In this document: piece by piece, positions 39,608 to 50,101 of the stretch
How positions within the stretch are numbered: position 1 is the first letter of the stretch
Layout of the letters: every line of letters starts with the position of its first letter
NCBI GenBank assembly: GCA_963664705.1
Contig: OY761556.1
Span: 3,520,001-3,584,000, forward strand
Direction: 5' to 3'
DNA from: Acidobacteriota bacterium
GTDB lineage: Bacteria; Acidobacteriota; UBA6911
Length of the DNA: 64,000 nucleotides
Notes under the pieces: model-generated
Database searches by the model: none
What the model saw: only the letters and a program-made list of their open reading frames with translations
Told to the model about the DNA's origin: nothing
Program-made: the position numbers and the translations under genes

Positions 39608-41142
39608 TGGAAAACCGGTCCTGGATAAAGCAGGCATGGACAATTACCAAAATCGAGCTGAGGCGCGCTTTCTTTTCAAAGCGCGGGTTCTGGGTCTATG
39701 GTCTTGCACTGATACCAGCCCTGGCATTTTTTGCGCACGGAATCCAGTTGAAGATACGGCGGCAAAGCCTTTCCTCAAAAACGGGGCTCGTACAGCCCGC
39801 CCAGCTGGATAGCATTCGCGAAGGGGAAACGGCCGAAGCCATTATTGCTCGAATCGGCAAGGCATCATGGGATCAGGAATGGCCCAAATACAACAAGATC
39901 GATGTTCAGGGGAAGAACGGCGGCATTACTTCGCACAAGGTTGAGCCGGTTGTGGAGGCCCGATTCGTCAGGCTGAATGTGAGGGTACCATCCTACAACG
40001 GGGATCCAGCCGCACGAATTTATGAACTCGAAGTGTATGGCGACAGCGACTCCGTCAACCTGGCTCTCAACAAGCCGGCTACGGGCAGCACTCCCTGCAG
40101 CCCCTCCGAAGGCCCGGAGAAGGCTTTCAACGGCAGCGTCAAAGGCGGGGTCAGTGATCGCTGGTGCTCCAACGCGCCTCGAAAGTATCTCCAGGTGGAC
40201 CTGGGAACCGTCACCAAAATCAAACGCATTGTTGTCAAACACGCCAGTGCGGGCGGCGAGCGCGAGGAACTGGACTCGTCCCTATTCGACCTCCAGGCCA
40301 GCGTTGATGAACGCAAGTTTCTTACAATCGTAAACAGGGCGTCCACGCGTTTCATCGATGAAGTAGTCCAGCACCGTACCCTCAGCTACTTTGACGGTCG
40401 CCGCGAAGCAACGCTGGATTTCGATGAAGGAAAGCTCGTGTCCAGGCGGGTGCATCCGCTCATGGATTTCGAAGAAGACCGCGCCGTCTTTGCCGGTATT
40501 TTCCAATATTTCTATCTGCGCCTGGCCATTTTCTTCGGATGCCTCGGCATCTTCATGAATCTGTTTCGGGGCGAGATACTCGACCACACATTGCATTTCT
40601 GGTTCCTTGCACCGGCTCGCCGCACGGTGCTGCTCCTGGGCAAATATGGAGCCGGATTGATCGCTTCCACCATAATCTTTGGCGGAGGCACTCTTCTGTG
40701 TTTTACGATACTGCTCCAGATGCATGACCCGGTGGAAGTCCATGCCTTTTGGCAGACCGCCGGCGTCAGCCATGCGTTCTGGTATGTCGCAGCCGCTGTG
40801 CTGGGATGCCTGGGCTATGGCAGCGTCTTCCTCGCGGCAGGTCTGTTGATGAAGAATCCCATTATTCCGGCCGCGGTCCTGGTGGTTTGGGAGGCTATCA
40901 ACGGGTTTCTCCCCGAAATTCTCCAGAAATTGAGCGTGCTGTATTACCTCCAGTGTTTGTGCCCCGTCCCGGCACCGATGGACTCCGACATGCCCGGGCT
41001 GCTGAAACTACTGCTCAACCCGGCAGCCCCGGTTTCCCGTACGGGAGCCATATTCGGAATTCTCTCGCTTACAGCCATCGTTCTGTGGATAGCAAGCGTT
41101 GCCATTCGCCGCATGGAGGTATCCTACTCCACGGAAGCATAA
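39607..41142 (+). CDS. ABC-2 type permease with an inserted discoidin (F5/8 type C) domain
   Basis: TM segments, FRGEILDHTLHFWFLAP, and an extracytoplasmic loop with ARFVRLNV...IYELEVYG and NLALNKPATGS...RWCS...LQVDLG. Confidence 0.82.
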   Translation: MENRSWIKQAWTITKIELRRAFFSKRGFWVYGLALIPALAFFAHGIQLKIRRQSLSSKTGLVQPAQLDSIREGETAEAIIARIGKASWDQEWPKYNKIDVQGKNGGITSHKVEPVVEARFVRLNVRVPSYNGDPAARIYELEVYGDSDSVNLALNKPATGSTPCSPSEGPEKAFNGSVKGGVSDRWCSNAPRKYLQVDLGTVTKIKRIVVKHASAGGEREELDSSLFDLQASVDERKFLTIVNRASTRFIDEVVQHRTLSYFDGRREATLDFDEGKLVSRRVHPLMDFEEDRAVFAGIFQYFYLRLAIFFGCLGIFMNLFRGEILDHTLHFWFLAPARRTVLLLGKYGAGLIASTIIFGGGTLLCFTILLQMHDPVEVHAFWQTAGVSHAFWYVAAAVLGCLGYGSVFLAAGLLMKNPIIPAAVLVVWEAINGFLPEILQKLSVLYYLQCLCPVPAPMDSDMPGLLKLLLNPAAPVSRTGAIFGILSLTAIVLWIASVAIRRMEVSYSTEA

Positions 41143-41175
41143 AATAGCCTGATCGGGACGGCGGCACTCCCGCAA

Positions 41176-43050
41176 CTAATAGCTCAAGCCATAGCCATAC
41201 GGGAAGAGCGGGTCATATTTCGTTTTAGGAACATGGATATTGAGTGGCAATTGTTCCATGGACTTTGGCCAGGTAAACGATAGCTTTCCAGTCGGCTTGT
41301 AATCACCGAACAGCACATCCGTAATACCCTGCCCTTCCGTTCCGGGAAGAAAGGCTGCGACGAATGCATCTGCTCGAGGCAGCGCGTCCTTGATGATCAT
41401 CGGTCGGCCGGAAATGAGAACCACAACAACCGGGATACCCGCCTTCTTTGCATTCTCGATGGCCTTCACGTCGTCGGCATCCAGCGCTAGATCGGACCGG
41501 TCTCCAACGCCCTCGGCATAGGGGCGTTCGCCCACCACCACCACTGCCAGAGAAGCACCCTTCGCCCCGGTTCCATCAGCGGAAAAAGTGATCTTGGTTC
41601 GGTTTGAAACCGCAGATTTGATCGCCTGCAGCACCGTTGTCCCTCCGGGCGTCACGGCGCCGCTTTTCCCCTGCCAGAGCACGGTCCACCCGCCACACTG
41701 ATTCCCGATATCATCCGCATTTTTTCCCGCAACGTGGATTCGGGCGACTGTCTTGGAAATCGGCAGTGTTTTTTGATCGTTTTTCAGCAAAACCAGCGAT
41801 TTTCGCACCGCTTCTCTAGCTACTGCGCGGTGCTCGGCCGATCCGAAGTTTTTGTGGAGTTTCCGGTCTGCCATTGGAGACCGGCTCTTGTCCATCAGCC
41901 CCATTGCGAATTTGACACGCAGAATTCGAGCAACGGCATCATCGATTCTCGACATCGGAATCTTGCCTTCCCCGACAAGCGTCTTCAGGTTGTTGAAGAA
42001 ATCCCGATATTCTGTCGGCACCATCGCCATATCCATCCCGGCGTTGATCGATATCGCAATCGCTCCCTTCGGATCTTTGGGATTGATCTGGTTGATCGCG
42101 TTATAGTCCGAAATAAGAAACCCTTCGAATCCCAATTCTTCCTTCAGGATTTCAGTCAAAAGTCGCTTGCTGGCGGAACAGCGAACTCCATTCCATGTGC
42201 TATAAGAAGGCATGATGGTGCCAACTCCCGACCGGATCGCGCGGATATAACCGGGCAAATGGATGCGGCGCAATGTAGCTTCGTCGGCCTTTGTATCGCC
42301 TTGATCCAGCCACAATTCCGGTTTTGCATTCGAAGGCATGCCCGGACGCGGTGCGTTGCTGGCGGACGTTCCGCCGTCGCCGATAAAGTGCTTCGCGCAT
42401 GCCAGGATCGAGAGCGGATCGCTCAAATCGGTTCCCTGCAGGCCGCGAACGGCGGCTTCACCCAATTCCTGCACGACATTGGGGTCTTCAGAAAATCCCT
42501 CGTAGGTTCTGCCCCAGCGGATATCCTGTGGAGCGGCTACACAGGGGCTGAAGGTCCACTGTATCCCGGTAGCTCTCACTTCCTCCGCGGTGATACGCCC
42601 GATTTTCTCGACCAGAGCTTTATCGCGCGTGCAACCGAGCGCGATATTGTGAGGAAATAGCACGGCGCCTTGAACATTGCTATGTCCGTGTACGGCATCG
42701 ATCCCATACAAGATCGGAATTGCCAGTCTTGTTTTCAGCGCCTCGTTTTGGGCTTTATCGTACAGGTCTGTCCAGGCCTTCAGCGTGTTGCCTTCGGCAG
42801 GATCGGAATCGCCCCCGCTGAGAACCGATCCGATGAAGTACTTTTGCATATCGCCGGGATTCTTTAAAACCGGTCCCTGCTCCGGTTGAGTCATCTGGCC
42901 GATCTTTTCTTCCAGAGTCATTTTCGAAAGCAGTTCTTTTACCTGAGGATCAAAGGAAGACAATCGTTTTGAAACCGGCGGGACCGAACCCACCTGAACG
43001 CCTACTAGTAGAAGAATGCTGATCGCAGCTGCAGGAACATATGATTTCAT
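41176..43050 (-). CDS. Glycoside hydrolase family 3 beta-glucosidase (exported)
   Basis: [48 protein letters not shown] nucleophile motif, GERPYAEG. Confidence 0.93.
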   Translation of the reverse strand: MKSYVPAAAISILLLVGVQVGSVPPVSKRLSSFDPQVKELLSKMTLEEKIGQMTQPEQGPVLKNPGDMQKYFIGSVLSGGDSDPAEGNTLKAWTDLYDKAQNEALKTRLAIPILYGIDAVHGHSNVQGAVLFPHNIALGCTRDKALVEKIGRITAEEVRATGIQWTFSPCVAAPQDIRWGRTYEGFSEDPNVVQELGEAAVRGLQGTDLSDPLSILACAKHFIGDGGTSASNAPRPGMPSNAKPELWLDQGDTKADEATLRRIHLPGYIRAIRSGVGTIMPSYSTWNGVRCSASKRLLTEILKEELGFEGFLISDYNAINQINPKDPKGAIAISINAGMDMAMVPTEYRDFFNNLKTLVGEGKIPMSRIDDAVARILRVKFAMGLMDKSRSPMADRKLHKNFGSAEHRAVAREAVRKSLVLLKNDQKTLPISKTVARIHVAGKNADDIGNQCGGWTVLWQGKSGAVTPGGTTVLQAIKSAVSNRTKITFSADGTGAKGASLAVVVVGERPYAEGVGDRSDLALDADDVKAIENAKKAGIPVVVVLISGRPMIIKDALPRADAFVAAFLPGTEGQGITDVLFGDYKPTGKLSFTWPKSMEQLPLNIHVPKTKYDPLFPYGYGLSY

Positions 43051-43140
43051 ATTGTGATTCCCCTTGAAATTTACGATTTGCAATTTACGGTTGACGATTG
43101 AATGAGCTTTTCAATCGCCAACCGCACATTGCAAATTATC

Positions 43141-43860
43141 CTACTCACATATGCCGGCGAGAGCTTCGTAGTTGGAATGCAGTTCGTTAACGGCGGCCTT
43201 GATTTTCTGTTCTGAATTTGTCTGGAGCGCTGCTTCGAGCCCATCCACCGACGCAGACAGCTTCTTTCTTGCCGCCTGGAATTCCGGATCTTTTTGCTTA
43301 AACCGTTCCGGGATCTTCGCGGTGTTCAGCGCAACCATCTTCTGCTTCATCTCCGCCGCGGATGCACGGATCTTCTGAACGTCGTAGGCCGGCAGATAGT
43401 GATGGAACAGCATGTAGAGAGAAGCATGGAAATCGTCCAGTTCTTTCATAGCCGGTCGTGTCACTCGCATCAACGCTTCGAATTGGCTGTGGAGCTTTTC
43501 GGCGACAGACAGCAACCTGGCATCATCTTTAGCGGTAGCCGCCGATTTGTAATCCGCTCCTATTGCCTGCAGTTTTTTTACGCCTTCATCCCAGGCAGCC
43601 TTTTTCTCTCTCAGGATCCCGGGAAGCTTGGCGGCAGCAACATCCGCAATTCCCTTCTCTACCCCTGGTGCCAGTTGCTGAAGCAGCGCCGTATCCTTTT
43701 TCGGCCATGCCTCATGCCAGATTTTGGCAATCACTTCGTGGAACGCATGCAACGCCGGCACATCGGCCACAGCATCCGCCGGCTTTTCCTGTGCAAAACC
43801 GGAGAGACCGGATATGCTGAATGTGAACATCAAAGCTGCGGCGATCATCAGTTTGCGCAT
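43141..43860 (-). CDS. Exported helical protein with internal duplication and conserved His residues
   Basis: Signal peptide; repeats FHEVIAKIWH...LHSQFEAL and FHASLYMLFH...LHSNYEAL. Confidence 0.75.
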   Translation of the reverse strand: MRKLMIAAALMFTFSISGLSGFAQEKPADAVADVPALHAFHEVIAKIWHEAWPKKDTALLQQLAPGVEKGIADVAAAKLPGILREKKAAWDEGVKKLQAIGADYKSAATAKDDARLLSVAEKLHSQFEALMRVTRPAMKELDDFHASLYMLFHHYLPAYDVQKIRASAAEMKQKMVALNTAKIPERFKQKDPEFQAARKKLSASVDGLEAALQTNSEQKIKAAVNELHSNYEALAGICE

Positions 43861-43937
43861 GAATTACTCCTCTCATGGAATGGGAATCGTCGGCGATCGA
43901 CCATTTGCTGAAGGCCGGCCGACAACAACGATGACTG

Positions 43938-44786
43938 TTATTTTATCTCCAGGGTGTCCGGCATTTTTCCAAAGCCATAGTACTGATGCTTGAGCCCCTT
44001 GGATGTAATATTGCCAAGCCGGATTCCGGACCCGTCGCCATCAAAGGACATACCCACAGGCCCCACGGCCGTTATCTCTATGTCTCCATCCCGCACGGTT
44101 ACGTTTTTGTGCAAATGCCCGGCAAATACATAGTGCACACCGGCTTTGTGCATCAAATCCAACACCAGCTTCCGCCGCTCCATGGGAAAGTTGCCGTACT
44201 GATCCTGCTCGTTTACGTTATCGAGAAAAATCGGGTGATGTTCAAAGACAATAATGTTGGCGGCTCCGGACGCTTTTGCGGCCTCCAGCTCTTTTTTGAA
44301 CCACGCAATATGTTCCTGATACTCGGTCTCGGCCTTTTGTGGATCAATGATGAGCGCTGAATTCAGCACGATGCCATAGATGGGACCCGCCCGGAAAGAG
44401 TAATAGTCGCGCCCAAAGTTCTTACGATATGCCGCAAGGCTTTCGCCGCTAGGCTGACGGCCGAGGTCATGATTCCCCGCCACATAATAGACCGGGATGG
44501 AGGAATCGATCTTTGCTGAAATGCGCAGAAACTCTCGTATTTCATCCGGATCTCCCGTTTTGTTCGTCATATCGCCAAGCACAATAACAAATCCGGGTTT
44601 TAGCCGATTGACATTGGCCACGGCGAATTCGTAATTCGCGGTTTCGCGAACAAATTCCTTGTCTGCGGCATACATCCCAAATTGCGGATCCGTCAGCATA
44701 AGAAAGGAAAAGGGCGGTTCCTGTCCAAACCCCGAAATCGCGACTAGAAGAAAAAGAGAAAAGAGAAAAGCCACTCTATATTTCAT
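43938..44786 (-). CDS. Calcineurin-like metallophosphoesterase (exported)
   Basis: DPQFG, LGDM, AGNHD, HHP, FAGHLH motifs. Confidence 0.9.
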   Translation of the reverse strand: MKYRVAFLFSLFLLVAISGFGQEPPFSFLMLTDPQFGMYAADKEFVRETANYEFAVANVNRLKPGFVIVLGDMTNKTGDPDEIREFLRISAKIDSSIPVYYVAGNHDLGRQPSGESLAAYRKNFGRDYYSFRAGPIYGIVLNSALIIDPQKAETEYQEHIAWFKKELEAAKASGAANIIVFEHHPIFLDNVNEQDQYGNFPMERRKLVLDLMHKAGVHYVFAGHLHKNVTVRDGDIEITAVGPVGMSFDGDGSGIRLGNITSKGLKHQYYGFGKMPDTLEIK

Positions 44787-45064
44787 ACAACCTCCCTATC
44801 AGTCGTCAGTAGGCCTGATTGTATAAGATGGGAGCGAAAAAAAATAAGTATATTCAGGGAGGGGATTCCGGATTTTGTTCAATCGGAATCCCTTTGGACA
44901 AATCCAAAGCTCTCAGTCCATTGGCCGCCGGCCTGAATTAACTGCTGGGCAGGATACTTCCCGTCTTTGCCGGGATTGATCGCACCAGCGTCACTGCAAT
45001 TCTTTCCCAGGACGATCTGCGATACACTTCCAATTGGCATTGGATCTTTGGAGGCAGGCCTGAG

Positions 45065-45649
45065 ATGAATGCATTTTTTCTTACTCTTCTACTTTGGTCC
45101 CAGGTTGTCGGCCCGCCCGGCATCGCGGACCCGCCATACCCGGCCGACGCCTTTCGCGGAGGCACATTAGTCGCGCTTGTCGAGTTCCATCCCGAGTCGG
45201 AAAACCGGATATCGCTGCTTCATTCCGAGGCGCCATTTGAAAAGCCCGTTCGGGAAGCGTTAAGCCAATGGCAATTCCATTCGGGCTCTACGAGCAAAAG
45301 CGCCATCATCGTGTTCAATTTTCGGGACTTTATCGTTCCGATGAGCCGGAGTATCGCATGCTCCCAACCTGATTGGTCATTGCCCGTGCCTAATTTTGTT
45401 GTGGACCCCATCTACCCGGAAACAACCCTTCGATTTGCAGGCGCCGTTACCGCGCGACTGGGCATCTCAGTACAGGGAAAAGTTCAGGCGGTCGAGATAA
45501 TGAAAGGGATCGATGAATTCAACCAGTCGGTCACGGATGCCTTGCTGCAATGGAAATTCAAACCGGCGTTGAACAAACTGGGGAAACCGATCGATTCTGA
45601 AGCGTATGCGGTCTGCATCTATCGTCCGCTACAAACACGGCAGGACTGA
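45065..45649 (+). CDS. Energy transducer TonB C-terminal domain protein (two tandem domains)
   Basis: PPYPADA...ALSQWQF and DPIYPE...GKVQAVEIMKG...ALLQWKFKPA. Confidence 0.7.
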   Translation: MNAFFLTLLLWSQVVGPPGIADPPYPADAFRGGTLVALVEFHPESENRISLLHSEAPFEKPVREALSQWQFHSGSTSKSAIIVFNFRDFIVPMSRSIACSQPDWSLPVPNFVVDPIYPETTLRFAGAVTARLGISVQGKVQAVEIMKGIDEFNQSVTDALLQWKFKPALNKLGKPIDSEAYAVCIYRPLQTRQD

Positions 45650-45676
45650 TTTTTTACAGCGACAGGAGAACCGGAA

Positions 45677-46015
45677 TTGAAAGATATAGACTGGACTACT
45701 GATTTCAAGGGAGCGATCACGATCTGCGATCTTCAGGGAACCGTGATCGATATGAATGAACGGGCGGTAGAGGCGTACCGAAAGGATGGCGGCAGGGATC
45801 TGATTGGAAAGAGCCTTTTTGATTGCCATTCGGAGCCCTCGCGCAACCGGCTCCGGCAGCTGCTGGAAACCGGGGAATCGAATATTTATACGATCGAAAA
45901 AAAAGGAATCAAAAAGCTCGTTTACCAGGCGCCATGGCTCCAGAGCGGACAACGAATGGGCATGGTGGAATTGGTCCTGGAAATCCCCATGAACCCTCCA
46001 CACTTTCTGAGATGA
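45677..46015 (+). CDS. Standalone PAS domain protein
   Basis: AITICDLQGTVIDMNE...LIGKSLFDCH...YTIEKKGIKKLVYQAPW; AGGAG RBS. Confidence 0.82.
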   Translation: MKDIDWTTDFKGAITICDLQGTVIDMNERAVEAYRKDGGRDLIGKSLFDCHSEPSRNRLRQLLETGESNIYTIEKKGIKKLVYQAPWLQSGQRMGMVELVLEIPMNPPHFLR

Positions 46016-46132
46016 AAACGGGCTCTGCGGAAACCACCGCCATCGATTCGGCACATTCCTGTTTCTTCCGTGTTTTCCGTGGCCCCGCTATCCTGTATCC
46101 TGTACGCGTTACGAAATTGGAGGTGAAGTTTC

Positions 46133-47797
46133 ATGGCTGAAGCCGTCAGTTCAAATTTCATCAGTGAAGCGGTACGTGCCGACCTGGCCGCAGGACGATT
46201 CTCCCGGGTGATCACACGTTTCCCCCCGGAGCCCAATGGATATTTGCACATCGGCCATGCCAAAGCGATCTGCATCGATTTCGGGATCGCGCAGGAATTC
46301 GGAGGGATCTGCAACCTGCGCTTTGACGATACGAATCCGACCAAAGAGGATCAGGAGTACATTGATGCCATTCAGGATGGCGTACGTTGGCTTGGATTTG
46401 ACTGGGGCAGCCGCCTTTGCTATGCCTCTGACTATTTCGAGCAGATGTATCGGTGGGCGATACAACTGATCAAGGCCGGAAATGCCTATGTCGATGATCA
46501 GAGTGCGGAGGAGATCCGGATCCATCGCGGCACCCTGACGGAACCGGGAATACCCAGTCCGTATCGCGATCGCAGCGCAGACGAAAATCTTGATTTGTTC
46601 GAAAGAATGCAGGCGGGAGAATTCCCGGACGGCTCCCGGGTGCTGCGCGCAAAAATCGACATGGCGTCCCCGAATCTGAACATGCGCGATCCGGTCATGT
46701 ACCGAATTCTGAATGCACCGCATCATCGTACCGGGGATCGCTGGAAGATCTACCCCATGTATGATTGGGCCCACGGCCTCGAAGATTCGATCGAGGAAAT
46801 CAGCCACTCTCTCTGTTCGCTCGAGTTCGAAGATCATCGACCGCTGTATGACTGGTTTCTCGAACAGCTCGGCATACATCATCCGCGCCAGATCGAATTC
46901 GCCCGGCTTGCCATCAACTATACGGTGATGAGCAAACGGAAACTGCTGCAACTGGTGGAAAAGAAACTGGTGACCGGATGGGATGACCCCAGGCTTGCAA
47001 CACTGGCCGGTCTGAGGCGACGGGGCTATACGCCGGAATCGATCCGGGAATTCTGCGATCGGATCGGCGTGGCGAAGGCAAACAGCACGGTTGATTTTGC
47101 CTTGCTCGAGCATTGCCTGCGCGAGGACCTGAATAAGCGTGCTGCACGCACAATGGCCGTTCTAAGACCGCTCAAGGTTGTATTGACCAATTATCCCGAA
47201 GGGCAGATCGAGGAGCTCGATGCGGACATCAACCCCGAAGATCCGGCCGCAGGCAAACGGAAGATACCCTTCAGCCGGGAACTCTGGATCGAACAGGATG
47301 ACTTTCGCGAGGACCCGCCCCGCAAGTTCTTCAGGCTGGCGCCCGGTCGTGAAGTGAGGCTCAAATACGCCTATTACATCACTTGCACGGAAGTTATCAA
47401 GGATCCTGCCACTGGCTCCATTGTTGAACTGCGATGCACCTATGATCCGGAAACAAGGGGCGGATGGTCCAAGGACGGCCGTAAAGTGAAAGGAACGTCT
47501 CACTGGATATCCGCGCCACATTCGGCCGCCGCGGAATTCCGCCTGTATGATCGCCTCTTCACCGCTGAGAATCCCGATGAGGGCGATGGCTTCCTGACCA
47601 AGCTGAATCCCAACTCGCTGGAAATCCTGGAGGGATTCATGGAGGCCGGAATGGCGGGAACCTCTGCGGGTAGCCGATACCAGTTTGAAAGGCAGGGATA
47701 CTTTTGCGTGGATCCCGGTTCCAGACCGGACCGGATGATTTTCAACCGAAGCGTTTCCCTCAAGGATTCGTGGTCCAAGCAGATGAACGCGGAATAG
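46133..47797 (+). CDS. glnS: Glutamine--tRNA ligase
   Basis: [17 protein letters not shown] (HIGH), [33 protein letters not shown]. Confidence 0.96.
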   Translation: MAEAVSSNFISEAVRADLAAGRFSRVITRFPPEPNGYLHIGHAKAICIDFGIAQEFGGICNLRFDDTNPTKEDQEYIDAIQDGVRWLGFDWGSRLCYASDYFEQMYRWAIQLIKAGNAYVDDQSAEEIRIHRGTLTEPGIPSPYRDRSADENLDLFERMQAGEFPDGSRVLRAKIDMASPNLNMRDPVMYRILNAPHHRTGDRWKIYPMYDWAHGLEDSIEEISHSLCSLEFEDHRPLYDWFLEQLGIHHPRQIEFARLAINYTVMSKRKLLQLVEKKLVTGWDDPRLATLAGLRRRGYTPESIREFCDRIGVAKANSTVDFALLEHCLREDLNKRAARTMAVLRPLKVVLTNYPEGQIEELDADINPEDPAAGKRKIPFSRELWIEQDDFREDPPRKFFRLAPGREVRLKYAYYITCTEVIKDPATGSIVELRCTYDPETRGGWSKDGRKVKGTSHWISAPHSAAAEFRLYDRLFTAENPDEGDGFLTKLNPNSLEILEGFMEAGMAGTSAGSRYQFERQGYFCVDPGSRPDRMIFNRSVSLKDSWSKQMNAE

Positions 47798-47836
47798 ACG
47801 GGGCCCCAACAACCCGGGGCCTCCGCATCTTCGTGG

Positions 47837-48496
47837 CTACCGGGATTTTTTTACTCCAATCCGGGCACAATGCTCAGCCACCGGACACTTGCTGCACCAC
47901 GGGGATACCGGAACACACAGGTTCTGCCCAAAGGTCACCAGGATATCGTTATAGGTCTTCCAGTGTCGTTTGGGCAGTTTTTCTCTCAGGGCAAATTCGG
48001 TTTCATCCGGCGTTTTGGTTCCCACATATCCCCAGATATTGGAAATCCGGTGTACATGGGTGTCGACGCAAATGCCGTAATCACCGAAGCCAATCGTCAG
48101 TACCAGGTTTGCAGTCTTCCGGCCGACACCCGGAAGCTCAAGCAAGGCATCCATGGAACGAGGCACGGCCCCTCCATAATCCCGCAATAGGATCTTGCAT
48201 GTTTCAATAATGCTCCCGGCCTTCGTATGATAAAATCCCACGGGATAAATCAGCTTTTCGATTTCCTGCTTCGATAATTTCAGGATGCTTTCGGGGTTTG
48301 GCGCCCTGGCAAGAAGCTTTCGAGACGCCTCTTCGGTAACCTTATCCTTGGTGCGCAGCGAAAGTATCGTGCTGATCAGTGTTTCAAAAGGACGATCCGC
48401 GGCCTGCTCGGCGACCAATCCCACGGCGGGCACTTTCCATTCACGTATTTTCCGCCTCAGGATGCGAAGAACGATATTGATGGTTGCTGTATCCAT
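47837..48496 (-). CDS. nth: Endonuclease III
   Basis: LPGVGRKTANLV HhH motif, VDTHVHRI, C-terminal CVPVSPWCSKCPVAEHC Fe-S motif; real start MDTAT at 48496. Confidence 0.92.
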   Translation of the reverse strand: MDTATINIVLRILRRKIREWKVPAVGLVAEQAADRPFETLISTILSLRTKDKVTEEASRKLLARAPNPESILKLSKQEIEKLIYPVGFYHTKAGSIIETCKILLRDYGGAVPRSMDALLELPGVGRKTANLVLTIGFGDYGICVDTHVHRISNIWGYVGTKTPDETEFALREKLPKRHWKTYNDILVTFGQNLCVPVSPWCSKCPVAEHCARIGVKKSR

Positions 48497-48622
48497 TTTG
48501 CCTCTCTGGAACGAGACACCGAGTTTACATCGATGTCTTCCAGTCTCAAAGCCTCGCAATGCCTTCCTGTTTGGTTTAATATAAGGCCTATCTATATCCA
48601 CACGATGCAGGAGGGCTGAAAA

Positions 48623-49375
48623 ATGAAACCAGGGCTGAAAGAGCAGTTCATCGAACGCTGGAAGAAATATTTCGCCGATGCCGAACTCCCGATTGTCTTC
48701 AACTACACAGATGAGCCGGGAGAAACCCATTTGGTTAGGTTCTCTGAGGAGGGAATGCATTGTTTTATCGGAAACCTGGCGGCGGTCCGGCAGGGCCAGT
48801 CCCTGTGTTTTGACACAAAATCGGTCGCCTGTTTTGGAGGCAAGCGCTATCTGGGGTTTACGCAGAACCTGATGCCGGGCTTTGAATATTTTCTCTCGTG
48901 CGGCATTCCCGGCAAAGTGGAGGGCGAACGATACAAGAAGTCGCCGGAACTCGTAACCGAACTGATGAAAGTGCTTCCTATGTTCAAGGCTCCGGCATCC
49001 AACGTCGTATTTAAACGCTGGGACGCTATTGAAGAGGCGGACGACCCACAGGTCGTGGTCTTTTTCGCACAACCCGATGTCTTGTCCGGACTCTTCACTC
49101 TTGCCAATTACGACGAACCGACTAACGAAAGCGTTTTTTGCCCAATGGGAGCAGGGTGTGCCACGATCGTTCAGTATCCCCTGGTGGAATATCGTTCAGA
49201 TCATCCACGCGCTGTATTGGGTATGTTTGATGTCTCCGCAAGACCTGGAGTGGATCCAAACGCTCTGACGTTTGCGGTGCCGATGCAGAAGTTTGAGCGG
49301 ATGGTGGAGAATATGGATGAGAGTTTCCTGATTACGGAGTCCTGGCGGAAGGTGCAAAGCCGGATGGGCAAATAG
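48623..49375 (+). CDS. DUF169 family protein
   Basis: CFGGKRYLGF, FLSCGIPGKVEGERYKKSPE, LSGLFTLANYD, GAGC, GMFDVSARP. Confidence 0.8.
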   Translation: MKPGLKEQFIERWKKYFADAELPIVFNYTDEPGETHLVRFSEEGMHCFIGNLAAVRQGQSLCFDTKSVACFGGKRYLGFTQNLMPGFEYFLSCGIPGKVEGERYKKSPELVTELMKVLPMFKAPASNVVFKRWDAIEEADDPQVVVFFAQPDVLSGLFTLANYDEPTNESVFCPMGAGCATIVQYPLVEYRSDHPRAVLGMFDVSARPGVDPNALTFAVPMQKFERMVENMDESFLITESWRKVQSRMGK

Positions 49376-49464
49376 GGCTCGATTCCCGTCATTCATGGAA
49401 TTCGTGCCAGACCAGCAGCCTGGAGTTGGCACGAATTCCGAAAACGGCACAAAAAAAGCGCCTG

Positions 49465-49896
49465 CTATTTGGCAGCCCGCATCGATGGTTCAGGCAGTCG
49501 CGATGAAGCTTTGATTTCGGCAGGAGGAACCGTCGGGCCGCTCCAGGTCATGAAACCTCCTGCGTCGTAGACATTTGTATATCCCGAAGCCTCCAAAAAG
49601 GCTGCAGCCCTCGCGGAGCGGTTGCCGCTGCGGCAATACACCACGATGGCAGTATCCTTGGGAACTTTATCCTTGATGTCTTTGAACTGATCCGGCCACA
49701 CGATGTTGTACGGCTTGCACGCCGCGCTTCCAATAGCGGTGCTGATCTCGCTGACGCCGCGCACATCTATCAAAACAAAATCAAAGGGCGCCTGGTTTTT
49801 TTCCAGGTAGCTTTTCAGCGTATCCTGGCTCATCGGCTTCACTGCAGATTGGAACATTCCCGAAACCAGGGCAACCAAGAGAAAAATAACTTGCAT
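49465..49896 (-). CDS. Rhodanese-like protein (exported)
   Basis: LIDVR, VYCRSGNRS active-site loop, GGFMTW; hydrophobic N-terminus. Confidence 0.85.
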   Translation of the reverse strand: MQVIFLLVALVSGMFQSAVKPMSQDTLKSYLEKNQAPFDFVLIDVRGVSEISTAIGSAACKPYNIVWPDQFKDIKDKVPKDTAIVVYCRSGNRSARAAAFLEASGYTNVYDAGGFMTWSGPTVPPAEIKASSRLPEPSMRAAK

Positions 49897-50101
49897 AGGG
49901 GTCCTTGTGAAAAATCAATTTGTCAAACAACCTGTTTTTTCGGCTAGTATAACTGAAAGCCTCACCGGCACAAATCTGAAGCTCGAAACTTTCTTTTGTG
50001 TTTCTTGACTTGAATCAAGGATCTTTTTCTCGAGGCATCGCAATATATCGTCGTACTGATTGGAACGGTGAACGGCAACAAACAGGGAAAGCGAGATAGC
50101 A

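Noticed and set aside
45065-46015. Other TGA-terminated ORFs as selenoprotein candidates
   Set aside because: Their domains appear complete at the stop and there is no UxxC/CxxU context.
48497-49072. N-terminal 192 aa of the 411-aa ORF in the track
   Set aside because: It is mostly antisense to the DUF169 gene; endonuclease III homology starts at 48496.
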